Source: Ginglymostoma cirratum
Taxonomy: Eukaryota
Length of the DNA stretch: 64,000 nucleotides
Assembly (NCBI GenBank): GCA_024137785.1
Contig: JAHRHZ010000111.1
Location: 28,653,329 to 28,717,328, forward strand
Direction: 5' to 3'
Both the position numbers and the translations under genes were made by a program. Shown here in pieces: positions 23,453 to 35,193 of this stretch. Positions within the stretch are counted from its first letter, which is position 1. Every line of letters starts with the position of its first letter. Below the pieces are notes generated by a model. The model worked only from the letters and a program-made list of their open reading frames with translations. It was not told the DNA's origin and did not search any database.

Positions 23453-24849
23453 AACTACCTCCTCTTTCCCAATCCCTAAGGTCTTCCTCCTCAGCGCTGA
23501 CATGTTTTCTGCCACTAATACGTACTATTAAGACCAATTTACCATTTATATTGAGTCTGTATTACTAATAGCACTTCCTTTGCCCTTTGGTCAGGGCCCC
23601 TTTACCATCTGCTCCACTTGTTCCTCCTCTGCTATTCCTGACAAGATAAAACAAACACTTTTCTAGCTGCTGCAATTCTGATGTGGTCATATTAGATTTG
23701 ATATCAATGCCCCCTCTAAGCTGTACAGCATGTCAACGCAGCATTGACCTCACTACCATGTACAGACCGCAGAGATCCATGATGAAGAATCAGTGGGAAT
23801 GCTGCTTGAAACATTAACTCTGTTTCTTTCCCTACAGATGCTTCAGACATACCAAGTTTCTCCAGCAATTTCTTTTTGTGCTCCAGATCTGCAGCGTCCA
23901 CAATATTTGGCTTTTGTTATATGAGTAATCACATTTTGGGATAGGTACCAAATTGCAACCTAAAGAACTGAAATCTGACAAAACATCAATGCCTTTGGGA
24001 AACAGAAAGGGAAAATTATTGGATGAAAGCACTTATAAAAAACAAACCCTGGAAAGTATGCTGTACTTCTGATTTTGTTCCCTCACAGACAGTAAGACTA
24101 ACGAAAGGAGCAAATATACAATCTCCTGCATATTTGAATCTACGAGACAGCAGAAATGAACATAACGGATTAACTTACTGCTTTGTTACAGCAAGGTCAG
24201 GATATGTGATCAGTTTCTCTGTTTTTAACACCTCTCAGTCAGTCATAACAAATATTTTTTAATTTAGCTATCACTTTTCACACAAATATATTTAGCTAGA
24301 TCAAAATGAAAGAGACAGAATGTAACATTTTCTTGACTGAGACAATGATTTTATTACCTACTATTTTGAGAAAAGTAATAAAAACATGATATCAAATACA
24401 TATATCAACATAAGTAATAAGCTTGAAAAGAGGGAGAACTTAAGAACTGAAAAAAAAGTCTTGAAAGTGTTTCAAGAATCCAAGAGGAATGAATTTGTTA
24501 AGAAGAGATAAGATATACATGTTACTTCCCTGGGGTTGATTATCAGAAAAAGGATAATGTTGGGAAGAAAATGGTTGAGCATACGTTTTTGCCTTTTCTG
24601 TTAAGATTTCTTTTTCCAAATTGACTTACATACACATATACAGCTTTTCTTTGTGTAGTAAACTTGCATTCTTTGACAAAGAACATTAACAGTCTTGTGT
24701 GAATGTTTAGTGATTAACCGCCAAGGGAGCTAACTGCAAAATGTACATTCATAGTATAACAAGCTAGATGTCATGTTGGTATCTGACTTGTCGATTATTA
24801 ACGTTACCTGAGAGATCATAACATGAGCTATACAAGGCAGATTCCTGAA

Positions 24850-25000
24850 ATCTTGGTCAAAGAGCTAGATTTTGAGGGACAACATAAAGAAGAGGAGAAA
24901 TGTAGCAGAGCATAGAGGTTTAGGGAGAACATTCCAGCTTATTGCTCAGGCAGTAGAAGGCAGGGCTGTCAATGATGCAACAACTAAAACTGAGGATTTC
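24850..25000 (-). mobile_element. L2 fragment
   Basis: Similar to 18660-18800 (gaggtttagggagaacattccagc). Confidence 0.45.
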
Positions 25001-25399
25001 ATTGTGCTGAATGCCTGCAAGAGGGAGTCAAACCTGTAGATGGACATGTGCCTGGCTCATATCCCTTATCTGGGATAAGGAGAACTAGATTAAGCAGTTG
25101 CCAAAGAGCAAGCTTGCAACATGGCATTTGACTTGAAGGTCTAAGTTTTCAGGGTGGCTATCACAACATCTGTTACCACACTGTGAAAGACAGTGTGTAA
25201 ACTTAGAATGCCTAAAACTAGAAGGACTAGAACTAGAACTGAAAACCATGTAGAATACACCTGGCATGTGTTCCAACCAACAGTAGGTAATAGTGAAGTT
25301 GAACCTGTGCCTCTTTAATTGGGTTGGCCAATGGATCCCTCTGCTGGGAAATGAAATTCTCCCGACACGCACCAAAAAGTCTTTCAAGGGAATGTTTCA

Positions 25400-25860
25400 A
25401 GGTGGTGGCAACGGCAGGATAGTCAGCGCTCGGGCTCCTGAGCCTGTCCTCTGCCCCGCACCAGGTCAGCCACATCGCTCTTTCTCCTTTCCTTTCATCT
25501 TTTTCTTTCTTTTCCATGGCGACAGCGATAGGCTGCATCACCGGCAGCGAGAGTGGGAGAAGGAACCCTAGGGTGGCCAGCAGGGGGGTGAGGTTGAGCC
25601 TGAAGTGGGGGAGGTCGAGCACATGTGAGGACTGTGAGCTCAGCACGGCCAGGCTCTTATGGACTGTGGTGTTGAACTCTTAACTGTTTTTTTTGTTTCT
25701 CTACCTTTCAGTAAGAAGGACTATAATGTTTAACTAATTAACTTTGCTTTCCTTATTTTTCTGCTTTGTACCTAAGATGGTGCCATAAGTGACGACTTGT
25801 AAACTTTCCATTGTCCTGATGTGGGTACATGTGACAATGAACCCAATTCAATTCAATTCA
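25400..25860 (+). mobile_element. GC-rich-headed retroposon with Rex1-like tail
   Basis: CpG-rich 5' part, then actttccattgt...tacatgtgacaatgaa and an (attca)n end. Confidence 0.45.
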
Positions 25861-26039
25861 GGACAGAAGATACTCAAAGCACGACAAGGAACAGGATATC
25901 TACCAGTTCTGACAAGGCAGCTATGTTGATAGTTTTAGCTGAATGAAACTATAATGGTGATCTAAAGCAGAACCTCTCAGCTGGTATTCCACTAATCTGT
26001 CAGATTTGAGCGAGTGAGGTATATCTCTACACAAATAAT

Positions 26040-26332
26040 TCATTCCTCCCGACAAGGATGGCTTACTTCCACTCTCAGGGTGAGGCCATATGTTGCTGTA
26101 CAGACTGATGCAGCTACTGCAATCTCAGTTACACTGGGATAGGTGGTAGTCACGGGAAGAGGTGGCTGGGGTACTGGTGTGGCAGTGAGCTTGTTTCTCT
26201 GTTTTCACCCGGCTTCCACATTTTCCTGACAACAAGTCTCGAAGTGCTTGCTGCCTTCCCGGATGTTCCTCCTCTACTTTGGAGGCTCTTGGGCCAGTGA
26301 TTCCCAGGTGCCGGTGGGAATGCCGCACTTCG
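26040..26332 (-). mobile_element. RTE-clade LINE 3' fragment
   Basis: Minus translation KCGIPTGTWESLAQEPPK*RRNIREGSKHFE matches the RTE C-terminal 'tWE.LA.dR..WR..v..G...fE'. Confidence 0.75.
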
Positions 26333-26439
26333 CTACCAGTCAGCCAATGTTCTGCAATATCTCAGGGACACACACTTTCTACCACTGCTCCGTTCTCATG
26401 TTCGTGCCCTCCCTCCTGAACTGCTCACCCAATTTCTTC

Positions 26440-26620
26440 ATTTACAGATGCTCCCTGACTATTTCAGAACCCTCTTCCCCTCCCCCATTTCTGATGAAGG
26501 GTTTAGGCCCGAAACGTCAAGTTTTCCTGCTCCTATGATGCTGCTTGACCTGCTGTGTTCATCCAGCCCCATGCTTGTTATCTCGGATTCTCCAGCATCT
26601 GCAGTACCTTTTATCTCTAT
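26440..26620 (+). mobile_element. Young PLE terminal repeat (family A)
   Basis: 26488-26617 equals the reverse complement of about 38025-38154 with one mismatch. Confidence 0.85.
26488..26521 (+). ncRNA. Minimal type-I hammerhead ribozyme motif
   Basis: UUU-CUGAUGA-A-GGGU-UUAG-GCCC-GAAA-CG-UC-AAG: complete core with GUC cleavage triplet, but a weak 3-bp helix I. Confidence 0.65.
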
Positions 26621-27534
26621 TACTCCGTTAGCTTACTTTTGCAGAGACCCCCTTGTAGGATCCCAGCACCAACACTGTTGTTCCTGGATGTTGCTTGCGG
26701 TTTTGGCTGCGGTTAACCTCCAGCTTCCCAGTCTCTGTCTTTGTTTCGGCTGATGTCGGTGACTGCAGCTTCCTAGGTCATTGCCAATGTGAACATCACA
26801 GGCACTGCAACTATTTAAGCAGGCAGTGCACCCTCTGGGGTCACTGTGTGAACAAACTCATCCTTACTCTGTTTTGGGAGACCTGCAGCCAAGTGTAAAT
26901 TTCTCAGTAGCTTGATTTAAAGACTGTTAAATATGCTGATGGGTTTTTGCATGAGCCATGAAAACCTCAACGATGTGTTATATTAAGCCCATAGTGAAAC
27001 ATGAAAATGCAAAAATGCATAGATTGAAAGCTTGGTCTGCTTTTTCCACGAACCAAAATACAGTCTACCCTAGAATGGCTTTTACTACTTAACCACCTCA
27101 TGGAAAGTTTGACAAATTGCAGTGCAGTTGATCTGACTGTTTTTATTATTCAAAGTAATATGTCAGCAGCCGTTACAGACGCCTTGATTTCCAGCAGGTA
27201 TTTATTGCATTCGGAACATACTAATTACTGCTATTCTTACACTCTGATTTCATTTTAAGATAGAAATTTGCAGATTTCATTCTGTGGGTTACTGGCCAGG
27301 GACACTGATGTGTGCATTCTGAAACTGTGTGGCTGTACTGGTATCGATCTCATGGAGATTCCTGGCATCAAGTGGGATGAACCATAGTATAATTTGCAGG
27401 CAAATAGAAACAGCAATTAAATTAATTTCACAAAGAAATTTTGTTGTCACGTTGATTACATAATTGTAAGTGGTGTAAGTCATTAGGGCAGTTTAAATGG
27501 TGCGATTGTATATTAATATACTCTGAGATATAGG

Positions 27535-27650
27535 TGCATGGGTAGATAAATATATATAGATAATGTGTGTGTAGATGTAAAGATATGTATATATACAAAC
27601 AAACATATACGCAGATACTGGTATGTATAGAATGCAAGATATATACAGGC
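27535..27650. repeat. Degenerate TA/TG-rich low-complexity tract
   Basis: tatatatagataatgtgtgtgtagatgtaaagatatgtatatatac. Confidence 0.7.
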
Positions 27651-28234
27651 TGCAGAAAGTGTAAGATACTAACACATCAAAATACTCAAGTGCCACTTTT
27701 TGCTTGAACTTTACTATCTCCTGAATCCCAGCATGAGCATTGCTTACAAAACAAAAATCTTTTTGCTATTCTTTGTAACATCCGCACCTATTATAATTAC
27801 TTTTCATTTACAGAACAGGTCATCACTCACACTTTCAGAAGCTCTTTCACCCGTTACAGCTTTATGGCACTTTTTTTAACCCTCCTGGTGCAGCACTGCC
27901 TTTGGAATACACTAATCCTTGTGTGCCCTCTTATAAATGATATGCTTCAGAATGTTAAAAGGGAAGCTGTATCTCAAAGCATTGTCTTCTGAACATGCAC
28001 TGTCTTAAATGAAAATGCTAAAGCAAACCACAGTATGTTATCCCTCGATCAACTTATACATCTATAAGAGACAAGTCAGTTGGATTTTCTCTTGGAATTT
28101 GTCCTCGTTGGGAAAATCTTGGAATGGTACATCAAAGGAAATGAGCCAGGGAGGCCTACTGCCTGATTCCTGTCCTTAGAGCTAACATCCAATACTTTTC
28201 CTCCTCCTCATTAGAAAACAAGTTGTTTGTCCAT

Positions 28235-28283
28235 GATAACAAGCATGGGGCTGGATGAACACAGCAGGTCAAGCAGCATCATA
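28235..28283 (-). mobile_element. 49-bp family-A PLE fragment with 10-bp flanking duplication
   Basis: Identical to 38060-38108, with gtttgtccat at 28225-28234 and 28284-28293. Confidence 0.85.
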
Positions 28284-29759
28284 GTTTGTCCATATTGTGC
28301 ACCACCACAATGAGATGATCGTCAAGGGATGAAGCTTCAGAAATTGAACAATTTCACAATGCAGCGTTGCTGACTCATGCCTAGTCAGGTGGGAGGGTTG
28401 TTATTGTGGGTATTCCGTGAAAGGAGCGAAAGGACTTGATAATGTTTCTCATTCTCTTTGCTCTGACCACTGGCTTACTCTCTGGAAGGGCATACAAATA
28501 AGTTTGAGTGGCATGATTAAGGGAGTTCTTGTCTCTTGAACAATGGATATAGCATTTCCATTGCAACACAACACACTTTTACCTCCAGGTTTCCTCTTGA
28601 GAGAGTGGAAACACCACCTGGATACTGCATCTAGTTGGGATCAATGATAGAGCTTCAGGGAACCACATAAAATCCCATCATGTTGAAATTCCAGTGCAGG
28701 CATATCAGTTCTACCTTGTTCTCATAAATTGTCAGTAACTGAGAAAAGAGAATACCTCTCAGTTACTGAAGAGTTGGTTTGGAAAGTGGAGCTGGAATTG
28801 TCCTTGTGTAAAACATTGCAGCATTTTGCACTGCCATTCATGTCTAGTTCAGCTTATAATGTGATTAATGCAAAAGAAAGCCATACAAAGTGCAAAGTGG
28901 GCTATTATTTCACTACCATCCATTTTACATGACTGTTGAGGACCAATTCTATTGGTTCCTGTGTTCTATGTGTTCCTTTGTACAGATATGGAAATGCTTC
29001 AGGAGTAAATATTTCCACTGAATCAAATATTGTGATAAGTAACTGTAAAATTAATGAAAAACAGTTGAGATGATGTATGACAGACATTCAAAAGAAGCTG
29101 TATCTTTTGAATCAGTTTGAACAAATACTTTGTAAAGACTCCAGAAAATCATTAATTGGATTACCAATACATATAACAAATCTCTGCATAAAGAAGTGTT
29201 GATGCAGACAACTGTTCATCTCCTGCAACAAGCTTTCATTGAGCTTAATGGATATAAAATAAGACATTTACAGCTGTAGTGGATCTTAAATGTGCTGATA
29301 CTGTGCATTTCGGTAACATCAGCAGCATGTGTGTACTTGAATGCATATTAAGGATTTGGAAGGATAACTTCCTCAGCTACTCAGACACATGACTGAAGTT
29401 GAGCTGTTGTGAATAGCTTTGATGTGTGATAGAGACATGTTCATTACAAGCAAGATTGAAGTTGCTTGATGTAGGGAATGAATGTTGGACTCTGCTTAAC
29501 CTGAAACCATGAGGGAATGAAAATATTTTAAATGTTAAGTGGTTATTTTAAGAAGCTTGTTTTATTCCTCTGTTTCCATTAAAGACCTGATGACTTTGAG
29601 AAATTTAAGGCTGGAACAACAAACCCTTTTGGTGGGGTGAAGTACAGATTCAAAGTTTCACAATAAATAATAGGAGAAACTGTGAGCAAATTGTGATGAG
29701 AAATCATCAGCAGCAGTTTCTCTTCCCTCTGAAGCTGCCTGAGCTGTTAGATAGTTCCT

Positions 29760-30292
29760 AGTACTGTGGACAGTTCTGGGTGCCCTGCTAGAGGAAGGAT
29801 GTTAATAAATTGGAGAGGGTGCATTAGAGATTTACAACGATGTTACCAAGAATGGAGGGTTTGAGTTATAAAGAGATGCTGAATTGGCTGGGACTTTTTC
29901 CCTGGAGTGTAGGAGGTGGAGAGGTGACCTTCTAAAGAAAAATAAAATTGTGAGGGGCATAGATAAGGTGAATAGAAAAGGTCTTTTCTCTAGGGTAGAG
30001 GAGTTCAAAACTATTATTTTTGAGGTGAGACAACACAGATTTAAAAGACAACTGAGGGGCAACTGTTTCACACAGAGGGTAGTTTGAATGTGGAATGAAC
30101 TGCTAGAGGAAGTTGTAGATGTAGGTACAGTTATAACATTTAGAAGACATTTGGACAGGTACATGAATGGGAAAAGTTTAGAGGGATATGGGCAAGATGC
30201 ATGCAAATGGGACTAATTAGGTTGGGAAACTTGGTCAGCATCGACAAGTTGGACCGAAGGTCCTGTTTCTGTGCTGTGTGACTCTATGACTC
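29760..30292 (+). mobile_element. CR1/HER1 LINE 3' end
   Basis: FSLECRRWRGDL...RGNCFTQRVV and gactctatgact tail. Confidence 0.92.
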
Positions 30293-30904
30293 GAGTAATT
30301 TTTGTTTCTTAATCCCAAATATTGATCTGTTCATTGAGAGCTCGCAGAAAGTCACGACCATATTTACTGGAATGTAATTAAAGGTAATCCACAGGAGCAC
30401 AGGCTAAGACAGCGAGGCAAAAGGGTCATTTCTCCTTTCCTTCAGCCTTGGAATTTGGAGGCTGAAATTTGAATACGGCCAGAAGTGAATTGTTTTTAAA
30501 TAGCACTAACTGTCACCAGGGTTTGAAATTATTCCTAGCTGCAAATGCAGAGTTACCTCTTTTCCAAGGGTCAAATCTAAAGGAGTAAATGGAATGCTTA
30601 ACAAGCCTAATTTAGAGGGATGGATTGACTTAAGGGTAAATGCCTTCTTTGTGACCTCCTGTTGGAAGGCCTTAGACAAATCATCCAAGTTTCAGAGCCT
30701 GAGAGGGAACCATCTTCTGATCATTAATTTGCTGCCCTGTTGGATATCTCAACGAGTGACTCTTTCCCACACAGTATGTGTTTCTGACCCACGTTTAAGT
30801 TTGTCCCTGGGCTTCAAAGCCCCGTAGGGAAACTCATGATCGTACACTTTCATCATCCTCATACAGCTTTTCTCTTGATACAACTGGCCATTACCTTAAG
30901 GGGA

Positions 30905-32325
30905 TGATCAACAGTCTGGAGGTTGGCTAACATTATGGCACTAAGGAAGTTGGTAAGGAAAAGCTAGGTGAGCCTGACATTGGTGGTGGGCAGGTTATTG
31001 GAGGGGATCCTACTGGACAGGGTTTACATGTATTTAGAAAGGCAAGGACTGATTAGAGATAGTCAATACAGCTTTGTGCGTGGGAAACTCACTAACTTGA
31101 TTGAGTTTTTTGAAGATGTAACAAAGAGGGTTGAAGAGGGCTGAGTGGTGGATGTGATCTCTCTGGACTTCAGTAAAGCATTCAACAAGGTTTCTCATGG
31201 TAGACTGGTTAGCAAGGTAGGATCACACAGAATTTAGAGAAAACTAGCTATTTGGATGCAGAACTGGCTTAAAGGCAGAGGCAGAGGGTGGTAGTGGTGG
31301 AGTGTAGCTGTTCAGACTGGAGGCCTGAGAGCAGCAGTGTGCCACAAGGATCGATGCTGGATCCACTGCTTTTTGTCATTTACATAAATGATGTGGATGT
31401 GAACATAGGAGGTATGGTTAGTAAGTTTGCAGGTGACACCAAAATTGGTGGTATAGAGGACAGTGAAGAAGGTTACCTCAGAGTTCAATGGGATCTTGAT
31501 CAGTTGGGCCAATGGGCCTGAGGAGTGGCAGAAGGAGTTTAACTTAGACAAATGTGAGGTACTGCATTTTGAAAGGCAAATCAGGGCAGGACTTATACAC
31601 TTAATGGTAAGGTCCCGAGGAGTGATGCTGACAAAAGAGACTCTGGAGTTCAGGTTCAGAGTTCCTTGAAAGCGGAGTCACAGGTAGATAGGATAGTGAC
31701 GACGACATTTGGTATGCACTGAATAAGAGAGTTGGGAGGTCATGTTGCGACTGTACAGAACATTGGTTAGGCCACTTTTGGAATACTGCACGCAATTTTG
31801 ATCTTCCTGCTATAGGAAGGATGTTGTGAAACTTGAAAGAGTTCAGAAAAGATTTACAAGAATGTTGCCAGGGTTGGAGGGTTTGAGCTATAGAGAGAGG
31901 CTGAATAGCCTGGGGCTATTTTCCCTGGAGCATCAGAGAATGAGTTTTATAGAGGTGTATAAAATCATGAGGGGCATGGATAGGGTAGATAGTCAAGGTC
32001 TTTTCCCTGGCGTGGGAGTGTCACAAGCTAGAGAGTGCAGGGTTAAGGTAAGAGGGGATAGATGTGAAAGGGAACTAAGGGGTAACTTTTTCATGCAGAG
32101 GGTGGTGTGTGTATGGAATGAGCTGCCAGAGGAAGTGGTGGAGGCTGGAACAATTACAACATTTAAAAGGCATCTGGATGGGTATATGAGTAAGAAAGGT
32201 TTAGAGGAATATGTGTCAATTGCTGGCAAATGGGACTTGATTTATATAGGATATCTGATCAGAATGGACAAGTTGGACTGAAGGGTTTGTTTCCATGCTG
32301 TACATCTCTATGACTCTATGACTCT
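30905..32325 (+). mobile_element. 5'-truncated CR1/HER1 LINE (RT pseudogene)
   Basis: VPQGSMLDPLLFVIYIND...SKFAGDTK, LERVQKRFTRMLPGL, and ctatgact tail. Multiple frameshifts. Confidence 0.95.
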
Positions 32326-32344
32326 AACCACTGCCATTTCAGTG

Positions 32345-32570
32345 TCCACAGTGCCACTTGGAAGAAAAGCAATTCTCATAGATTCCTGAACAATAGTTAT
32401 CCCTCAACCAATACCCAAAAATGGATTATCTGGTCATTACCACATTGCTGTTTGGAGAACTTGGTGTTTGCAAATTGCCTCCTGTGTTTCTTAGCTTTAC
32501 AATTTTCAAAAGTATTTTATTGGCTGTAAAATGTGTTGGGGTATCTCACAGATGTGAAAGATTATAAATC
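32345..32570 (+). mobile_element. Deu-domain SINE (SacSINE1/AmnSINE-like) fragment
   Basis: ttatccctcaaccaa...gattatctggtcatt..cacattgctgttt...caaattg...ttcaaaagta...attggctgtaaa. Confidence 0.75.
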
Positions 32571-32819
32571 TGGAGCCTGAATTTTCGTTCTGTACTTGGG
32601 AGCACAGAGATGGGCTAAGTCCTGTCTCTGCAAAACTGGAAAGTGCCCAGGAAATTGGGAGCTTCATTCTGGACAGGCAGTGTTCCATCTGTGTTGGGTT
32701 GGGCAGAATGAATGCAGAGGCTGCTGAGCAAATAGCTCGCCACAATGACTTTGTTGAAGATACTAAAAGAATGAATTAAAAAAGAAAGGACAGCCCTCAC
32801 CCTTCATATGCCTTACACA

Positions 32820-33198
32820 TGCCAAACTCAGTAGCAGCAGTGTGTACTATCTACAAGATGCACTGCAGAAATTCACCAAAGATCCTCAGACAGCACCTTC
32901 CAAACCCACGGCCACTTCCATCTAGAAGGACAAGGGCATCAGACGTATGGGAACACCACCACCTCCAAGTTCCCCTCCAAGCCACTCACCATTCTGACTT
33001 GGAAATATATCGCCGTTCCTTCACTGTCGCTGGGTCAAAATCCTGGTATTCCCTCCCTAATAGCATTGTGAATCAACCCACAGCAGGGGGATTGCAGTGG
33101 TTCAAGAAGGCAGCTCACCACCATCTTCTCAAGGGCAACTAGGGATGGGCAAGAAATGCTGGCCAGCCAGCAACGCCACATCCCACAAATAAATAGAA
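32820..33198 (+). mobile_element. 3' end of a CR1/L2-superfamily LINE (probable partner of the SlmI-like SINE)
   Basis: SVAAVCTIYKMHC...WYSLPNSIV...LQWFKKAAHHHLLKGN*, then tail agggatgggcaagaaatgctggcc. Confidence 0.8.
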
Positions 33199-33904
33199 AA
33201 TATACCTACACCACTTCCTGCCCCATCTACCTTTCATGCCCTATTTGCCAATCTAAGCCCTCCATCCATTCCCATAGCACTTGATTTTCTTCTGTACCAT
33301 GCAACCACATCCAAACCCAATGTTGCACATATCGTCAATAACACTTGATGCCCCTCCATGCACCCACCTTATGACCCCCATACCCACTATACCAATTCAT
33401 TACCCATTCATCTCCATGGCCCTTTATTGTCGCTGTGCTAACTTGGTATCAACTCATGCCAACCTATTGCCTCCCTTTTCTCTTAGCCCTTCCAAGCCAA
33501 CTCACCTGATATCCATCATAGGCAGACCTCAGGAGCCATGCTGATGGAAAATAAAGTTTTCGTTTCTTAATGATGTCACAGTTCCTTAATGAACACTCAT
33601 TGATTAAAAGAAATACCGATTCACGTTGAAATTCCTTCAACTAACCTTTTAGTAAAACAAACATTTGTATTCAACAACCATTTGAAGGCATCAGGTAAAC
33701 TGTTCACTTATGAACATGTTAGATCCCCATGTTAGATCCTAGAATGATAGCCCTGAGGCTTTTGTCAGATCGAATGAAATGTCAAGCACTGATTTCTTTT
33801 AAAACACTGCATGCTTTATTTTAAATTTAATCCTCAGTGCAGTTCATTCCTTTGAGAACTTTGACAGTTACAATGAGTAGGCTCTTATAGGGGTCTGAAC
33901 AATG

Positions 33905-34460
33905 TGGCTGACCAGCATTTATTACCCGTCCCTAATTGCCCTTAAGACGGTGTTGGTGAGCTGCCTTCCTGAACTGCTGCAGTCCCTCTGCTGTAGGTAG
34001 ACACACAATGCCCTTAAGGGAGAGACTTCCAGGATTTTGACCCAGCAACAATGAAGCAACAGCAATATACTTCCAAGTCAGGATGGTGAGTGGCTTGGAG
34101 GGGGACTTACAGGGGGTGATGTTCCCGTGTACCTGTTTCCCTCGTCCTTCTAGATGGAAGTGGTTGAGTTTGGAAGATGCTGTCCAAAGAAATTTGGCAA
34201 ATTTCTGCACTGTATCCTCGCCAACAGTACACAGCGCTGCTACTGAGAATTGGTGAGAGGGTGACTGATTGTTTGTGGCTGTGATGCCAATCAAGTGGGT
34301 TATTTGGTCTTAGATGGCATCAAGCTTCTTGACTTGTTGTTGGGGCTGCACCCATCCAGTCAAGTAAGGAGTATTCCATCACACTCCTCACTTGTACCTA
34401 GTAGATGGTGAACAGGCTTTGGGGAGTCAGGAGTTACTCGCTGCAGTATTCCTAGCCTAT
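33905..34460 (-). mobile_element. Same LINE family as 32820-33198, 3' fragment
   Basis: ORF 33932..34294 ends GLQQFRKAAHQHRLKGN. Confidence 0.8.
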
Positions 34461-34713
34461 TAAATGCCTTGTTAACGGCTAACTCACTTCATTAATATTT
34501 AGCTTTCTAGCTCAAGAAACTTATTAAACAATGAGACATTGAGAAAACTTGATATGGAAATCAGAGCTGGTACCTGGTGGATTCAGCACCCTGTTCACTC
34601 CAAATGACCTCCATGTGACCTGCGAACAAGTTGCATTGATGCACAAGCACCAGCCAAAGACAGCCCTCATCCATGGGCATTGGTGTCTAGCGTCTGCTGA
34701 CTTCTTATGACCA

Positions 34714-35079
34714 CAGAATCATAGAATCCTTACAGTGCAGGTAGAGGCCATTCAGCTCATCGAGTCTGCACCAACATTCCGAAAACTATCCCACCTAGAC
34801 CCAGCCCCGTACCCCATCCTCATCCTCATACCCTGTTTTTCCCATGGCTAGCCCACCTAGCCTGCAAATCTCTGGACACTATGGGCAATTTAGCATAGCC
34901 AATCCATCTAACCCGCACATCTTTGGACTGTGGGAGGAAACCGGAGCAACCGGAGGAAACCCACGCAGACACAGGGAGAACATGAAAACTCCACACAGAC
35001 AGTTGCCAGTGGCTAGAATCAAACCCAGGTCCCTGGTGCTGTGAGGTAGAGGTGCTAACCACTGAGCCACCGTGCTGCC
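34714..35079 (-). mobile_element. HE1-type V-SINE
   Basis: Reverse complement begins ggcagcacggtggctcagtggttagcacc; core and tail present. Confidence 0.93.
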
Positions 35080-35193
35080 TGTCTGATACACTGACAGTGC
35101 ACACTGAAAGCACAGATTTACATTGCAGTGAGCACCAGCAAGTAGCATTGAAAGGCTGCAGCAGGGACAGGCACCCAGCTCAAGGACTGACTC

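Larger units (their letters stand above)
22005..23920 (+). mobile_element. 5'-truncated Penelope-like element with GIY-YIG remnant, inverted 5' repeat and nested insertions
   Basis: TCISFNLIDCICCLQCSLLYIGER...DSFTEH at about 22837-22948. Family-B repeat inverted at 22005-22100 and direct at about 23780-23920. Confidence 0.75.
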
